From NCBI GenBank assembly GCA_964478015.1, contig CAYZGM010000004.1, positions 1 through 52,668 on the forward strand: 52,668 nucleotides of DNA, given 5' to 3'. Origin of the DNA: an uncultured Planctomycetia bacterium (lineage in GTDB: Bacteria > Omnitrophota > Gorgyraeia > 2-02-FULL-51-18). Made by a program: the position numbers and the translations under genes. The notes under the pieces are model-generated. The model did not search any database. It was not told the DNA's origin and was given only the letters and a program-made list of their open reading frames with translations. Shown here piece after piece: positions 10,123-19,679 of this stretch. Within the stretch, counting starts at the first letter, position 1. Each line of letters begins with the position of its first letter.

Positions 10123-12689
10123 TTTTTATATTTTTTTCCGCTGCCGCAGGGACAGGGGTCGTTGCGGCCGATTTTTTCTCCGGCAATGACGGGGGCGGGT
10201 GACGGTCCCGGTCTCCCGCTCCGAGAGGGTTGATGAATTTCACCGGCCGATGGGCCCGCAAAGGGTGCCGCGGAGGGCGGTGGAATCACCGGGCCGGCTT
10301 CGGGATGCAAAAATTTAAGCGGCACCTCTTTTTTTTCCGGCGCCGGAGCCATCTTCCCCGGCTCCATCGGCTGAACCCGGAAAATAAACTCGAGTGCATC
10401 TTCCTTGATGGAATCGATCATCACCTGAAATGCCTCATAGGCCTCGCGCTTGTATTCGACCAGGGGGTCTTTTTGGCCATAGGCTCTCAGTCCGATCCCC
10501 TCGCGGAGATTGTCCATGCCGCGCAAATGCTCTTTCCATTTAGAATCCACAACGTCCAGAAGGATCATTCGCTCCAGGTGTCTGAGAAAATCGACGCCGA
10601 TTTGTTTTTCTTTTTCCTCGTAGGCTTTTCTGGCTCGTTCGACCAACGCATCCAAGAGCGCTTCACGGCTTTGCCCTTCCAAACCGTCCAGCGAAACCGG
10701 GAACACCTTGCGCACGGATTCTGAAACGATCTTGAACGACTCTTCTTCCTCCGGCGTATAACCGGCGGTGACCGAGTCCATCGCCTCTTCGATCATCCCC
10801 AGGTAATGCCCCCGGAGATCCTTGCCCTCCAAAACCTTGCGGCGCTCCTCGTAAATCACCTCGCGCTGCTTGTTCATCACGTTGTCGTATTCTAAAAGTT
10901 GCTTGCGGATCTCGAAATTACGGCCCTCGACGCGGCGCTGGGCATTTTCAATCGCTTTTGAGATAAAGGGGTGCTCAATTTCCTGCCCCTCCTCCATTCC
11001 CATCTTCTGCATGAGACCCGCCAAGCGTTCCGAACCGAAAATACGCAGAAGATCATCCTCCATCGAAAGATAAAACCGCGAAGAACCCGGGTCCCCTTGC
11101 CGGCCCGAGCGACCACGCAGCTGGTTGTCGATCCGGCGCGCCTCATGCCGCTCCGTTCCGATCACATGGAGTCCGCCCGTTTCTTTAACGCCCTCGCCGA
11201 GAACAATGTCTGTTCCTCGTCCGGCCATGTTCGTGGCAATGGTCACCGCTTTCGCCTGACCGGCCTGCTTGATGATCTGCGCCTCCATCTCATGGTACTT
11301 GGCGTTTAAAACATTGTGCAGCACATTGGCCCGCCGCAGCAAAGCGCTTAGACGCTCGGACCTTTCGATGGAAACCGTGCCGACGAGTACGGGCTGGCCG
11401 CGCTTGTGGCAGTCCACGATCTCCTGCACCACGGCATCGAACTTCTCGCGCTCGGTCCGGTAGATACGGTCCGGATAATTCGTCCTGGCCATCGGCCGAT
11501 TCGTGGGAATGGCGAGCACATCCAGCTTGTAAATTTCGTGGAATTCCTGAGCCTCGGTCGTCGCGGTACCGGTCATGCCGGCGAGTTTTCGATACATACG
11601 GAAATAATTCTGAAATGTGATGGTGGCCAGCGTCTGATTCTCCTCCTCAACTTTTACGTTCTCCTTGGCCTCCAACGCCTGATGCAGCCCGTCAGAGTAG
11701 CGGCGGCCCGGCATGAGACGCCCGGTGAACTCATCGACAATGAGAACCTCGCCGTCTTTTACCACGTAATCGACGTCAATCTTAAAAAGAGCGTGCGCCC
11801 GAAGCGCCTGATTCACATGATGCACCAATTCCACGTTGGACGGGTCGTACAGATTTTCTACGCCCAGAAGTTCCTCTGTCTTGCGGTTCCCCGCGTCGGT
11901 GAGAGCCACCGTGCGGGTTTTTTCTTCGATCTGATAATCCGTATCCCTGATCAGGCGGGGAATAATCTTGTCTATTTTGGTGTATTTGTCCGTGGATTCG
12001 TCGCTGGGGCCGGAAATAATCAGAGGCGTTCTGGCCTCATCGACCAGAATGCTGTCCACCTCATCGACGATGCCGTAATTTAGGGGCCTCTGCACCCGGT
12101 GCTCCAGACGGCGAACCATGTTGTCGCGCAGAAAATCGAATCCAAATTCGTTGTTTGTCCCAAAAGTAACATCGCATCCGTAGGCCTTTTTTCGATCATC
12201 CGGCGTGGAGCCGTGCTGGATGACACCCACCGTCAGCCCCAGGAATTCATAGATCGGCCCCATCCATTCGCGGTCGCGCTTGGCCAAGTAATCATTGACG
12301 GTGACCACATGCACGCCTTTTCCGGTCAAACCGTTGAGATACACGGGAAGCGTGGCAACCAAGGTCTTTCCCTCGCCGGTCGCCATTTCGGCGATCTTTC
12401 CCTCATGCAGCACGACGCCGCCGACGATTTGGGAATCAAAATGCCGCATCTTGAGAACCCGTTGGGATGTCTCGCGCACCACCGCGAAGGCCTCGGGCAA
12501 AATCATTTCAAGCGTCTCGTTTTTCTTAAGGCGCGCGCGGAATTCCTCCGTCTTGGCTTTCAAGGCGTCGTCGCTTAGAGCGGACATGGCGGGCTCAAGC
12601 TGGTTGACCCTCGCCACGACGGGACGGATACGCCGCAGCGCGCGGTCATTCTGCGTTCCAAAAAGTTTCTGCAGTACCCAGCCGATCAT
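10107..12689 (-). CDS. secA: preprotein translocase ATPase SecA
   Basis: 860 aa with a DEAD-like motor ([15 protein letters not shown]) and the C-terminal zinc-binding tail [14 protein letters not shown]. Confidence 0.97.
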   Translation of the reverse strand: MIGWVLQKLFGTQNDRALRRIRPVVARVNQLEPAMSALSDDALKAKTEEFRARLKKNETLEMILPEAFAVVRETSQRVLKMRHFDSQIVGGVVLHEGKIAEMATGEGKTLVATLPVYLNGLTGKGVHVVTVNDYLAKRDREWMGPIYEFLGLTVGVIQHGSTPDDRKKAYGCDVTFGTNNEFGFDFLRDNMVRRLEHRVQRPLNYGIVDEVDSILVDEARTPLIISGPSDESTDKYTKIDKIIPRLIRDTDYQIEEKTRTVALTDAGNRKTEELLGVENLYDPSNVELVHHVNQALRAHALFKIDVDYVVKDGEVLIVDEFTGRLMPGRRYSDGLHQALEAKENVKVEEENQTLATITFQNYFRMYRKLAGMTGTATTEAQEFHEIYKLDVLAIPTNRPMARTNYPDRIYRTEREKFDAVVQEIVDCHKRGQPVLVGTVSIERSERLSALLRRANVLHNVLNAKYHEMEAQIIKQAGQAKAVTIATNMAGRGTDIVLGEGVKETGGLHVIGTERHEARRIDNQLRGRSGRQGDPGSSRFYLSMEDDLLRIFGSERLAGLMQKMGMEEGQEIEHPFISKAIENAQRRVEGRNFEIRKQLLEYDNVMNKQREVIYEERRKVLEGKDLRGHYLGMIEEAMDSVTAGYTPEEEESFKIVSESVRKVFPVSLDGLEGQSREALLDALVERARKAYEEKEKQIGVDFLRHLERMILLDVVDSKWKEHLRGMDNLREGIGLRAYGQKDPLVEYKREAYEAFQVMIDSIKEDALEFIFRVQPMEPGKMAPAPEKKEVPLKFLHPEAGPVIPPPSAAPFAGPSAGEIHQPSRSGRPGPSPAPVIAGEKIGRNDPCPCGSGKKYKKCHGL

Positions 12690-12699
12690 GAGCGACGTA

Positions 12700-12854
12700 C
12701 AGCGTTAAGCGTTAAGCGTTCGGCGTTCATTAGGGAGATTCCTTTAATTGGAACAATAGTTACTGTTATTTGATTCAAAAAAATTTCTCAAATTCCCCGC
12801 GGTTTCGCGCGAGCGATTTGGTTCCTAACGCTGAACGCTTACCGCTGAACGCTG
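12700..12854. repeat. 28-nt imperfect inverted repeat built from four tandem heptamers, bracketing the prfB-secA spacer
   Basis: Arm A (12700-12727) reads CAGCGTT AAGCGTT AAGCGTT CGGCGTT. Arm B (12827-12854) reads AACGCTG AACGCTT ACCGCTG AACGCTG. The reverse complement of arm B matches arm A at 25 of 28 positions. The arms enclose a 99-nt AT-rich core. Confidence 0.8.
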
Positions 12855-13940
12855 CTTCTCAAATACGCTTCCAAAAAATCGTCCAAATCTCCCTCCAGAA
12901 CTCCCGTCGCATCACCTGTCTCATGGTCCGTTCGGTGATCTTTCACCATGTTGTAAGGATGCAGCACATAGGAACGGATCTGACTGCCCCAGGCAATGGC
13001 GTCTTTCTCTCCATAGGTTTTTTGCTGCTCATCCATTCGTCTTTTCATTTCGCGTTCAAAGAGACGGCTTTTTAAGACCTTCATGGCGGTGGCCTTGTTC
13101 TTCAATTGAGAACGCTCGTTCTGGCATTGCACCACCAGGCCGCTGGCCAAATGCGTGATGCGCACCGCGGAATCCGTCGTGTTGACTCCTTGTCCGCCAT
13201 GACCGCCGGCGCGAAAAACGTCCACCCGGATTTCCGCTTCTTTCACCTCAATCTTAAAATCATCCTCGACCTCGGGGATCACCTCTACGGAGGCAAACGA
13301 TGTATGGCGACGCTTGTTCGCGTCGAAAGGCGAAATGCGCACCAAGCGATGGACGCCGTTTTCAGATTTTAAATAGCCATAGGCGAAAGCGCCCTCAATT
13401 AAAAGCGTCACGTTCTTCAGACCCGCTCCCTCTCCGGGAAGAATGTCGACCATTTGCACGCGGTAACCGCGTTTGTCCGCCCAGCGGTTGTACATCCGCA
13501 GCAGCATCGAGGCCCAATCGCAGGATTCCGTTCCGCCCGCGCCCGCATTGATGCTCAGGATTGCGCTGTTCGGGTCATTGGGTCCGCTTAAAAGTTTTTG
13601 GAATTCGAGGAGCTCGACTTTTTTTTCAAGCTCAGCTATCTCTTCCTCGAGATGCTTGAGGGACGCCAGATCAGCGTCCTCGGTGATATCCAAAAGGCCG
13701 ATCATTTCGCGGCAATGGGACTCGAGCGCGCGAAAGGGCCCGAGCTGGTTTTTTAAGCGCTTAAGATCCTGCATCAGCGTGTTCTTGGGGTCATTTTTAG
13801 TCCAAAAGTCGGGGGAGGCTACTTGCGCTTCGAACTCGTCGATGCGCTCCTGAAGCTTGGCAACATCAAAGAAACCTCCCTAAGGCCTCGAGCCTTTGGG
13901 CAGACGCTTTGAGTTTTTCAGAGAGGTCTTTCTTCGTCAT
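12839..13940 (-). CDS. prfB: peptide chain release factor 2, expressed through a programmed +1 frameshift
   Basis: The large ORF (12839-13774) carries the SPF (ISPFD) and GGQ (GGHGGQGVN) motifs. A 24-codon ORF starts at ATG 13938-13940 (MTKKDLSEKLKASAQRLEALGRFL) and ends at an in-frame TGA. A +1 shift at CTT TGA T continues in frame as DVAKLQERIDEFEAQVASPDFW... into the large ORF. Confidence 0.95.
13866..13880 (-). promoter_or_regulatory. RF2 autoregulatory +1 frameshift site
   Basis: The minus strand reads GGG AGG TTT CTT TGA T. An SD-like GGGAGG (13875-13880) lies 3 nt upstream of the slippery CUU (13869-13871), which is followed by the in-frame UGA (13866-13868). Confidence 0.9.
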
Positions 13941-14017
13941 GGAAAAATCCGCATAATTGACCGTATCCTATCACACGTCACAGGTGTTATCAACGGAATG
14001 TGGTATAATCCGCCGAA
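13941..14017. promoter_or_regulatory. divergent promoter region (prfB on minus, ORF 14018 on plus)
   Basis: Minus strand: TTGATA (13988-13993), 17 nt, TAGGAT (13965-13970). Plus strand: an extended -10 TGgTATAAT (14001-14009), with only 8 nt before the ATG at 14018. Confidence 0.45.
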
Positions 14018-14446
14018 ATGACGGGGGTTCGTGTGAAAAGGCTGATTATTGTGATCTTTTTTCTGGGGCTGCTCGCGGACGCCCCTTGCCTGGCCTATGA
14101 CGAACCATTCGCGACCGGCAAGGATTGGGTCAAGCGCATGTCTCCGCGTGAGAAATTCATATCGCTCATCCCGCCGACACTTCTTTTCTCCGAATACAAC
14201 GTACAGATCCGGCTGAGCCTGCCTCAGTACATCTTTCTTATTGACCGTATCATGAAACGCAACCCCCGGCTGGAAAACGAGGAACTCTCGAATATTTTCG
14301 CCTCCACGATTTATTTTTTTGAACCCCAAAATAGGGAGGCTCTAAAAACCATGGAAATGAACTTCCTAAAAGGCGATTTGGAGACCAAGCCTTACCACAC
14401 CCCGCGTCTGACCATCGAAGATATCTTGAAAGAAGTTTCGGAATAG
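14018..14446 (+). CDS. hypothetical secreted protein
   Basis: 142 aa with a hydrophobic signal-like N-terminus (VKRLIIVIFFLGLLADAPCLA). It is preceded by an extended -10 promoter. I prefer it over the overlapping antisense 130-aa ORF. Confidence 0.55.
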   Translation: MTGVRVKRLIIVIFFLGLLADAPCLAYDEPFATGKDWVKRMSPREKFISLIPPTLLFSEYNVQIRLSLPQYIFLIDRIMKRNPRLENEELSNIFASTIYFFEPQNREALKTMEMNFLKGDLETKPYHTPRLTIEDILKEVSE

Positions 14447-14463
14447 ACCGTCCGGAATCCGGT

Positions 14464-15006
14464 TCAGTTCAGAGAAGTAAAGCGGCCTTTACGACGATCG
14501 CTTCCGGTCGAGCCTGGAAAGTTCGCGTCCTCCTGTTGCTTTAAGGCCGCCGCGATCTGCAAATTTTTTCGGGTCATCGCCGCGGAGGCTTGACTTGCCT
14601 GGTCCAACGCCACAGAGAGCGAATCCGTCTTCGCGTTCACACGGCTCCGGTCGAGGGGTTTGGACATTTTTTTGAGGACTTCATCCGTGGTCCGCTGCGT
14701 AAACTTTTTATATTCCCCTGAAATCCGGCGGACCCATTGCAGAAACTTGTTCATCGCCCCGCGGATCTTCTGCGCCACGGGCTTATCCTCTTCGCCCGTC
14801 CCGGATGAAATATCCGCGTAGAGAACATCCGTTTTGGAAAAAACGTGAACGGCGCCCGCGGCATCTTTAAACTTCATTTCGCCCGCGCTCTGCGAAAGCA
14901 CTTTTCCGTTTAGAATGCCTTTTCCCTTAACCTCCACCATGTCCGCCCGCGCCACGGAGGAGAATCCAATTATCAACCCGGCCACCAAGAACATTTTTGG
15001 CATCAT
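14464..15006 (-). CDS. hypothetical secreted protein, weakly similar in architecture to ORF 100-600
   Basis: 180 aa with a signal peptide (MMPKMFLVAGLIIGFSSVARA). A short beta-like segment (DMVEVKGKGILNGKVL) resembles DILKMKSGQTKRGKIL in ORF 100-600. Confidence 0.6.
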   Translation of the reverse strand: MMPKMFLVAGLIIGFSSVARADMVEVKGKGILNGKVLSQSAGEMKFKDAAGAVHVFSKTDVLYADISSGTGEEDKPVAQKIRGAMNKFLQWVRRISGEYKKFTQRTTDEVLKKMSKPLDRSRVNAKTDSLSVALDQASQASAAMTRKNLQIAAALKQQEDANFPGSTGSDRRKGRFTSLN

Positions 15007-15019
15007 TTCATCTCCTTTG

Positions 15020-16276
15020 TTAATTGAATGCTTCCTTGCGGTGCAAACGGCGATGATAGGAAATCGCGAAACGGTGCGCCTCGTCCCGCAAATGACGGAT
15101 CATCTGCAGGGTCGGAGAAGAGGGCGACAAAACATAAGGCGCTGTTCTGGCCGGCGAAAAAACGATCTCATGTTGTTTGGCAATGGAAAGAATCGGTTGA
15201 TCCGCCAAACCCATTGCCTCCAGCTGGCCTTTCACCGCGGATAAATGGCCTTTCCCCCCGTCGATAAGGATAAGATCGGGCCTCTTTAAACCCTCCCTGA
15301 GCACACGTTCGTAGCGCCGCCTTACCACTTCACACATCATCCGGTAATCGTCTATTCCCTCCACAGACCGAATTCGAAAACGGCGGTAATCCCTGCGTGA
15401 CGGTTCGCCGTCGGAAAAAACCACCATGGACCCCACCGACTCGCGGCCCTGCAAATTGGAAATATCAAAACATTCGACGCGCCTCGGCAGCGTCGGAAGA
15501 GAAAAAATCGTCTGAAAATCAACCAGCACCTCCGCCGGGTTTTTTCCCCGACGGCCGGTCGAGGGAACCGCCGAAAGAGCCTGGATCGCCTCATAAAGCG
15601 TTTGGGCCTTTTCATATTCGCGGGCCAACGAATGCATTTTCATTCGCTTGGAGAGATTCCGAACCAGCGCATCACGCCGACCATCCAAAAAGGAGGTTAA
15701 TTCTTTCACGGTCCGGCTGTATTCAGACGCCGACTGGAACCCCTGACAAGGCCCTCCGCAGAGACCCAGATGATACTGCAAACATACTTTCTTTGGAAGA
15801 GTGCGGCATGTGCGCATTGGAAATTCCCGACGGAGCATCCTGAGGGCCTGCCGCAAAAGACGTCCGTTCGTATAGGGCCCAAAGTATTTTCCGCCGTCGG
15901 CTTTTCGGCTGCGCACCATGAGAAGCCTCGGAGTTTCCTCGGAGGTGATCTTGAGATACGGATAAGCCTTATCGTCCCGGAGCATCTTATTGTACTTGGG
16001 AAGATTTTCTTTCACGAGGCTCATTTCCAGGAGAAGCGCCTCTGCCTCCGTGGGTGTTTCGAGAAAATCGATGCGAGAAACCTGCGATAGCATCAGGCCC
16101 TCTTTGGAAAAACTTTCACCGAAAGATCGGAAATGACCCGTCACTCTTTTCTTGAGGGACAAGGCTTTGCCGATATAAAGGGCTTTCCCGTCCCGATCCT
16201 TAAAAAAATAGACTCCGGGTTTTTCTGGGATCTCTTTGAGACGAAGTTTTAAAGCCTCCGGCAGGATCCTTTTCAT
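15020..16276 (-). CDS. uvrC: excinuclease ABC subunit C, short form lacking the C-terminal (HhH)2 domain
   Basis: 418 aa. It has a GIY-YIG domain (GVYFFKDRDGKALYIGKA), a UVR motif region (YEKAQTLYEAIQAL) and the RNase H-like 5'-incision domain (ECFDISNLQG). The protein ends right after AHRFAISYHRRL. Confidence 0.85.
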   Translation of the reverse strand: MKRILPEALKLRLKEIPEKPGVYFFKDRDGKALYIGKALSLKKRVTGHFRSFGESFSKEGLMLSQVSRIDFLETPTEAEALLLEMSLVKENLPKYNKMLRDDKAYPYLKITSEETPRLLMVRSRKADGGKYFGPYTNGRLLRQALRMLRREFPMRTCRTLPKKVCLQYHLGLCGGPCQGFQSASEYSRTVKELTSFLDGRRDALVRNLSKRMKMHSLAREYEKAQTLYEAIQALSAVPSTGRRGKNPAEVLVDFQTIFSLPTLPRRVECFDISNLQGRESVGSMVVFSDGEPSRRDYRRFRIRSVEGIDDYRMMCEVVRRRYERVLREGLKRPDLILIDGGKGHLSAVKGQLEAMGLADQPILSIAKQHEIVFSPARTAPYVLSPSSPTLQMIRHLRDEAHRFAISYHRRLHRKEAFN

Positions 16277-16283
16277 CGGATTC

Positions 16284-17840
16284 TCAGAGAAATTTCCGCG
16301 ACTCTTCCACGCCGAGAACGCGGGCGCTGAAATAGTAGACGGAGGCTGAGATGAAAATTCCGCCGGAAAGCACGGAAAGCTGGATGACCCGGGAGGCCTG
16401 GCTGAAGCGCCCCATCACCGTATGGTCGAAAGCAGAGGCCGCCAAGGCCATCAGGACCCCGGCCAAAAGCATCCGAAGACCCGCCCCAAGAATTTTGGGT
16501 TCATCTAAAAAACCCACTTTCTTTCTGAGCACGCGGTAAAGAAGCCCGAAATTAAGCGTCGCTGAAAGTGTGGACGCCAGCGCCAGCCCCCCGATCTTCA
16601 AAGGACTCATGAGCCACAGACTCATGCCGATATTGAATGCCACCGAAACCAACATGGTCTTCACGGGCGTTCTCGTGTCCTGCATGGCGTAGAACACGTT
16701 AACGAGGATTTTAATGAAACAGCAGGACAGGAGGCCGAACGAATAATAAAAAAGGGCGGCAGACGTAATGCGGGTTGAATAGGCGTCGAATCGGCCGTGT
16801 TGAAACAGGACGCGAACAATGGTCTCCGACATCACCGCCAACCCAATCGAAGCCGGAATAGCAATAAACATCAGCGAGCGCATGGCTGCTGAAAACGTCC
16901 TGCGGAAACTATCTAAGTCCTCACGGACCATCTGTGTCGAGAACGTCGGAAGCAGCGCCTGCGCGAGAGAAAGGCCGAAGATCGCCAGCGGCAGCTGGAA
17001 TATCCGGTTCGAATAGTACAAAGCCGATTGACCGCCCGGTCCCACGAAGCGCTCGAAAGACGCCAAAATCGAATCGACGAACACGTTGATCTGATACAGT
17101 GCCGAACCGCACGCTCGCGGCAAAAGAAGCTTCCCGATCTTAGCGGCGTAGCCATGTTCCGATCCGGCCGGCGAAAAACGGAACCCGTTTTGAAAAAGCG
17201 GGAGAAGCTGGCATCCCAGCTGCAGCACGCCGCCCACGAGCACTCCGATCACGAGAGCCATCGGGCCATAAGAGGCCTCAAAACAGCACCCCGCCACAAT
17301 TAGGCTGATGTTCAATAGCGCAGGACCAAACGCGGAGCTTTTGAATTCTTTCAAGGCATTGAGAATGCCCATCGCCAACGCCGATAAACCGATCAAGAAA
17401 ATATAGGGAAAAATAACCCGCGTCAGCCGTACGGTAAGGGGAAATTTCTCGGGATCCGCGGCATCCAAAAATCCCGGCGCTATAAAGGCCACGATCTGCG
17501 GGGTAAAAAAAATACCGATTAGCGAGATCGCGCCGAGGATAAGCGCCATGGACCTAAATAGCGTCGCGGCCAGGCGCCAAAACTGCTCAGGGTGCTTCTC
17601 TTTACACTCCGTGAGCACCGGAACAAAAGCAGCATTCGTCGCCCCCTCCCCCACGAGGTCACGAAGCAAATTGGGGATCTTGAAACTGACCACGAATGCC
17701 TCGGCCCCAAGCCCCGTGCCAAAAATGGTTGCGATCACCATGTCCCGAACGAAGCCCAGCACCCGGCTTACACTCGTCAAAGCGCCGATCATTCCGGCGG
17801 ATCTGGCCAACTGACGATGGGTGGACTGCTGGGTTGACAT
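16284..17840 (-). CDS. murJ: lipid II flippase MurJ/MviN
   Basis: 518 aa, a polytopic MOP-superfamily protein. The N-terminal region GFVRDMVIATIFGTG...AFVVSFKIPNLLR is typical of MurJ. Confidence 0.9.
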   Translation of the reverse strand: MSTQQSTHRQLARSAGMIGALTSVSRVLGFVRDMVIATIFGTGLGAEAFVVSFKIPNLLRDLVGEGATNAAFVPVLTECKEKHPEQFWRLAATLFRSMALILGAISLIGIFFTPQIVAFIAPGFLDAADPEKFPLTVRLTRVIFPYIFLIGLSALAMGILNALKEFKSSAFGPALLNISLIVAGCCFEASYGPMALVIGVLVGGVLQLGCQLLPLFQNGFRFSPAGSEHGYAAKIGKLLLPRACGSALYQINVFVDSILASFERFVGPGGQSALYYSNRIFQLPLAIFGLSLAQALLPTFSTQMVREDLDSFRRTFSAAMRSLMFIAIPASIGLAVMSETIVRVLFQHGRFDAYSTRITSAALFYYSFGLLSCCFIKILVNVFYAMQDTRTPVKTMLVSVAFNIGMSLWLMSPLKIGGLALASTLSATLNFGLLYRVLRKKVGFLDEPKILGAGLRMLLAGVLMALAASAFDHTVMGRFSQASRVIQLSVLSGGIFISASVYYFSARVLGVEESRKFL

Positions 17841-17889
17841 TAGGAGTTCTTTTCTGTAGACTGTGCGTTCAAATTAACTCGGAGATTTC

Positions 17890-18153
17890 ATGGCCAATCG
17901 TCGTTCTTCTATCAAAAAAATCCGTGTGGACAAACGTCGCCACGAAAACAATCTGCGCGTGGGTTCAGAGCTCAAGACGGTTGCCCGTAAAGTGCGTGAA
18001 TTCATCAGCGCCAAGAAAAAATCAGAAGCGGAACTCGCCGTTCGTGAGTTTTTCTCGAAACTCGACAAAGCGGTGAAAAAAAACATCATCCACGCAAACC
18101 GCGCCTCGCGGGTCAAATCCCGTATCCAGACCAAGATCAGCGCGCTCCGCTGA
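17890..18153 (+). CDS. rpsT: 30S ribosomal protein S20
   Basis: 87 aa and highly basic. It starts MANRRSSIKKIRVDKRRHENN and has the KNIIHANRASR motif. Confidence 0.95.
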   Translation: MANRRSSIKKIRVDKRRHENNLRVGSELKTVARKVREFISAKKKSEAELAVREFFSKLDKAVKKNIIHANRASRVKSRIQTKISALR

Positions 18154-18177
18154 CGAACCAATAGGCAACCGGCACAT

Positions 18178-19131
18178 CTAAGACGACAAGATAAACCGCT
18201 CGACTGAAAATCTTTCCTGTGACCGCCCCGTTTTAAAGGACTCATCGCAGGCCAGAAGTTCTCTCTGCAGTTTCCTCAGTCTCTGTGCGGGTATTTTTTC
18301 CAGCCTCAAAAAAAATGCGCTCCGATGCATTTTGGGCACGCGCAGCTCGTCCGCCAAATCCGCGCGGGATTTGCCCTCGGCCAGGGCCGTGAGCGCTTTT
18401 TTGTACCGTTCCAACTGCCCGGCCAAGACCCCGACAATCTCCGGGGCGCGAACCCCTGAACGAGCCAGGGAATCCGCAATTTCCAACGCTTCTTTCTTAT
18501 TGCGATCCAGCAGAGAATCCGCAAGTTTAAACACATCTTCCTGAGAACTTTTTTGAATGAGGGCCCGGGCATCGTCCAGGGTTGCCTGACGGCGCGGATG
18601 GATGTAAATCACTAATTCTTCCAGGGCGTTTTCAAGCCCCGAAAGCTCTCGACCCACCCTTTCCATGAGAAAAAGCGCCAGGGCCCTTTCCATCCCCAAC
18701 CCCTTTTTCGTCGCGCGCGTCTGGATCCAGGCGGGTAGGTCTCTGTCGAAAGGCACATGGCAGGGCTGCACCACCGTCTTGTCAGCCAATGATTGGAGAA
18801 ATGGGTCCTTGCGGGTCGAGGTCTCTTGTGTTTCCAGGATAAAACATGCCCCCGAGGGAAGCCGGTCGAGATCGGCCAGAAGGCGTTCGCGGTCTTTTTC
18901 TTCTAGGGCGTCCACGCCCCATAGAACGGCGAGGCGTTTTTCGGCAAGAAAAGGCGCCGTGCCTAAAAAATCTAAAAATTGGGAGACCGCGTCGCGCTCG
19001 GCCTCAAACGATTGAAAATTGAGCTCTGCTTCGGAGCCATCTCGAAAAAGTTTTCCGCGAACTTCCGCAATCGCTTCATCCTTCAAGAAGCGCTCTTTTC
19101 CGATAAGGAGCAGCCGGTAGGAACTCACCAA
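18178..19131 (-). CDS. holA: DNA polymerase III delta subunit
   Basis: 317 aa with a delta-subunit N-terminal pattern (LLIGKERFLKDEAI, APFLAEKRLAVL). It sits next to the lptE-like gene, as in many proteobacterial lptE-holA arrangements. Confidence 0.8.
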   Translation of the reverse strand: MVSSYRLLLIGKERFLKDEAIAEVRGKLFRDGSEAELNFQSFEAERDAVSQFLDFLGTAPFLAEKRLAVLWGVDALEEKDRERLLADLDRLPSGACFILETQETSTRKDPFLQSLADKTVVQPCHVPFDRDLPAWIQTRATKKGLGMERALALFLMERVGRELSGLENALEELVIYIHPRRQATLDDARALIQKSSQEDVFKLADSLLDRNKKEALEIADSLARSGVRAPEIVGVLAGQLERYKKALTALAEGKSRADLADELRVPKMHRSAFFLRLEKIPAQRLRKLQRELLACDESFKTGRSQERFSVERFILSS

Positions 19132-19679
19132 TATTCGATCGTGGCTTCTACAACGCGGCGAGCCACGTCCTCAACAGCGCGTGTGGCGGCCTGATCTTCG
19201 CTGATGGCGCGGGAACCGGCAAGAAAGAACGTGGTATCCCCCGCGATACGCTTGGACCACAATATTTTTCCGTCAGCCTTGGCCTTAAAAACAGCTTCCA
19301 CCGTCACGCTCAGGCGGTATTCCTGTATGTCCTCACCCTCACTGTAACGCAGCGCATCACGGCGGTAGTCTACTAATGTTGCTTCCAACAAGGCATCGGC
19401 TTTTTCTGCGGAAGCAACTTTCAAAGTCCCGTCAAAAATATAACGGTTGATAATGGCATTGGTGATCTCCACTTCGAGCCCCGGACGATACACTCGGAAA
19501 GGTGTTTTATCGGTAATCTCTGCGGACAGGTCGATCGAACTTTTCACAGGAGCTACGTTGACGCGTTGAATGTTCTCGGGAAGAAGAGATTTTGTCGCAT
19601 AAGCGCACCCCGTGAGAGACATGGCCGCCAGCCAAACAACCATCCACCGGAATTTTTGAGTAGCCGTCGGATTTACCAT
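19125..19679 (-). CDS. lptE: LptE-like outer-membrane LPS-assembly lipoprotein
   Basis: 184 aa with a lipobox (SLTGC). Size and position immediately upstream of holA fit LptE, and it overlaps holA by 7 nt. Confidence 0.6.
   Translation of the reverse strand: MVNPTATQKFRWMVVWLAAMSLTGCAYATKSLLPENIQRVNVAPVKSSIDLSAEITDKTPFRVYRPGLEVEITNAIINRYIFDGTLKVASAEKADALLEATLVDYRRDALRYSEGEDIQEYRLSVTVEAVFKAKADGKILWSKRIAGDTTFFLAGSRAISEDQAATRAVEDVARRVVEATIEYW

Noticed and set aside
9302-10261. 319-aa minus-strand ORF in an alternative frame across lnt and the secA 3' end
   Set aside because: It overlaps the motif-bearing lnt and secA frames on the same strand. Its Arg/Gly/Phe-rich composition has no motif. It is an out-of-frame artefact.
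13937-14329. 130-aa minus-strand ORF upstream of prfB
   Set aside because: It is antisense to the 142-aa plus-strand ORF, which has a signal peptide and an extended -10 promoter. It has no start context or motif. It would also run through the prfB promoter.
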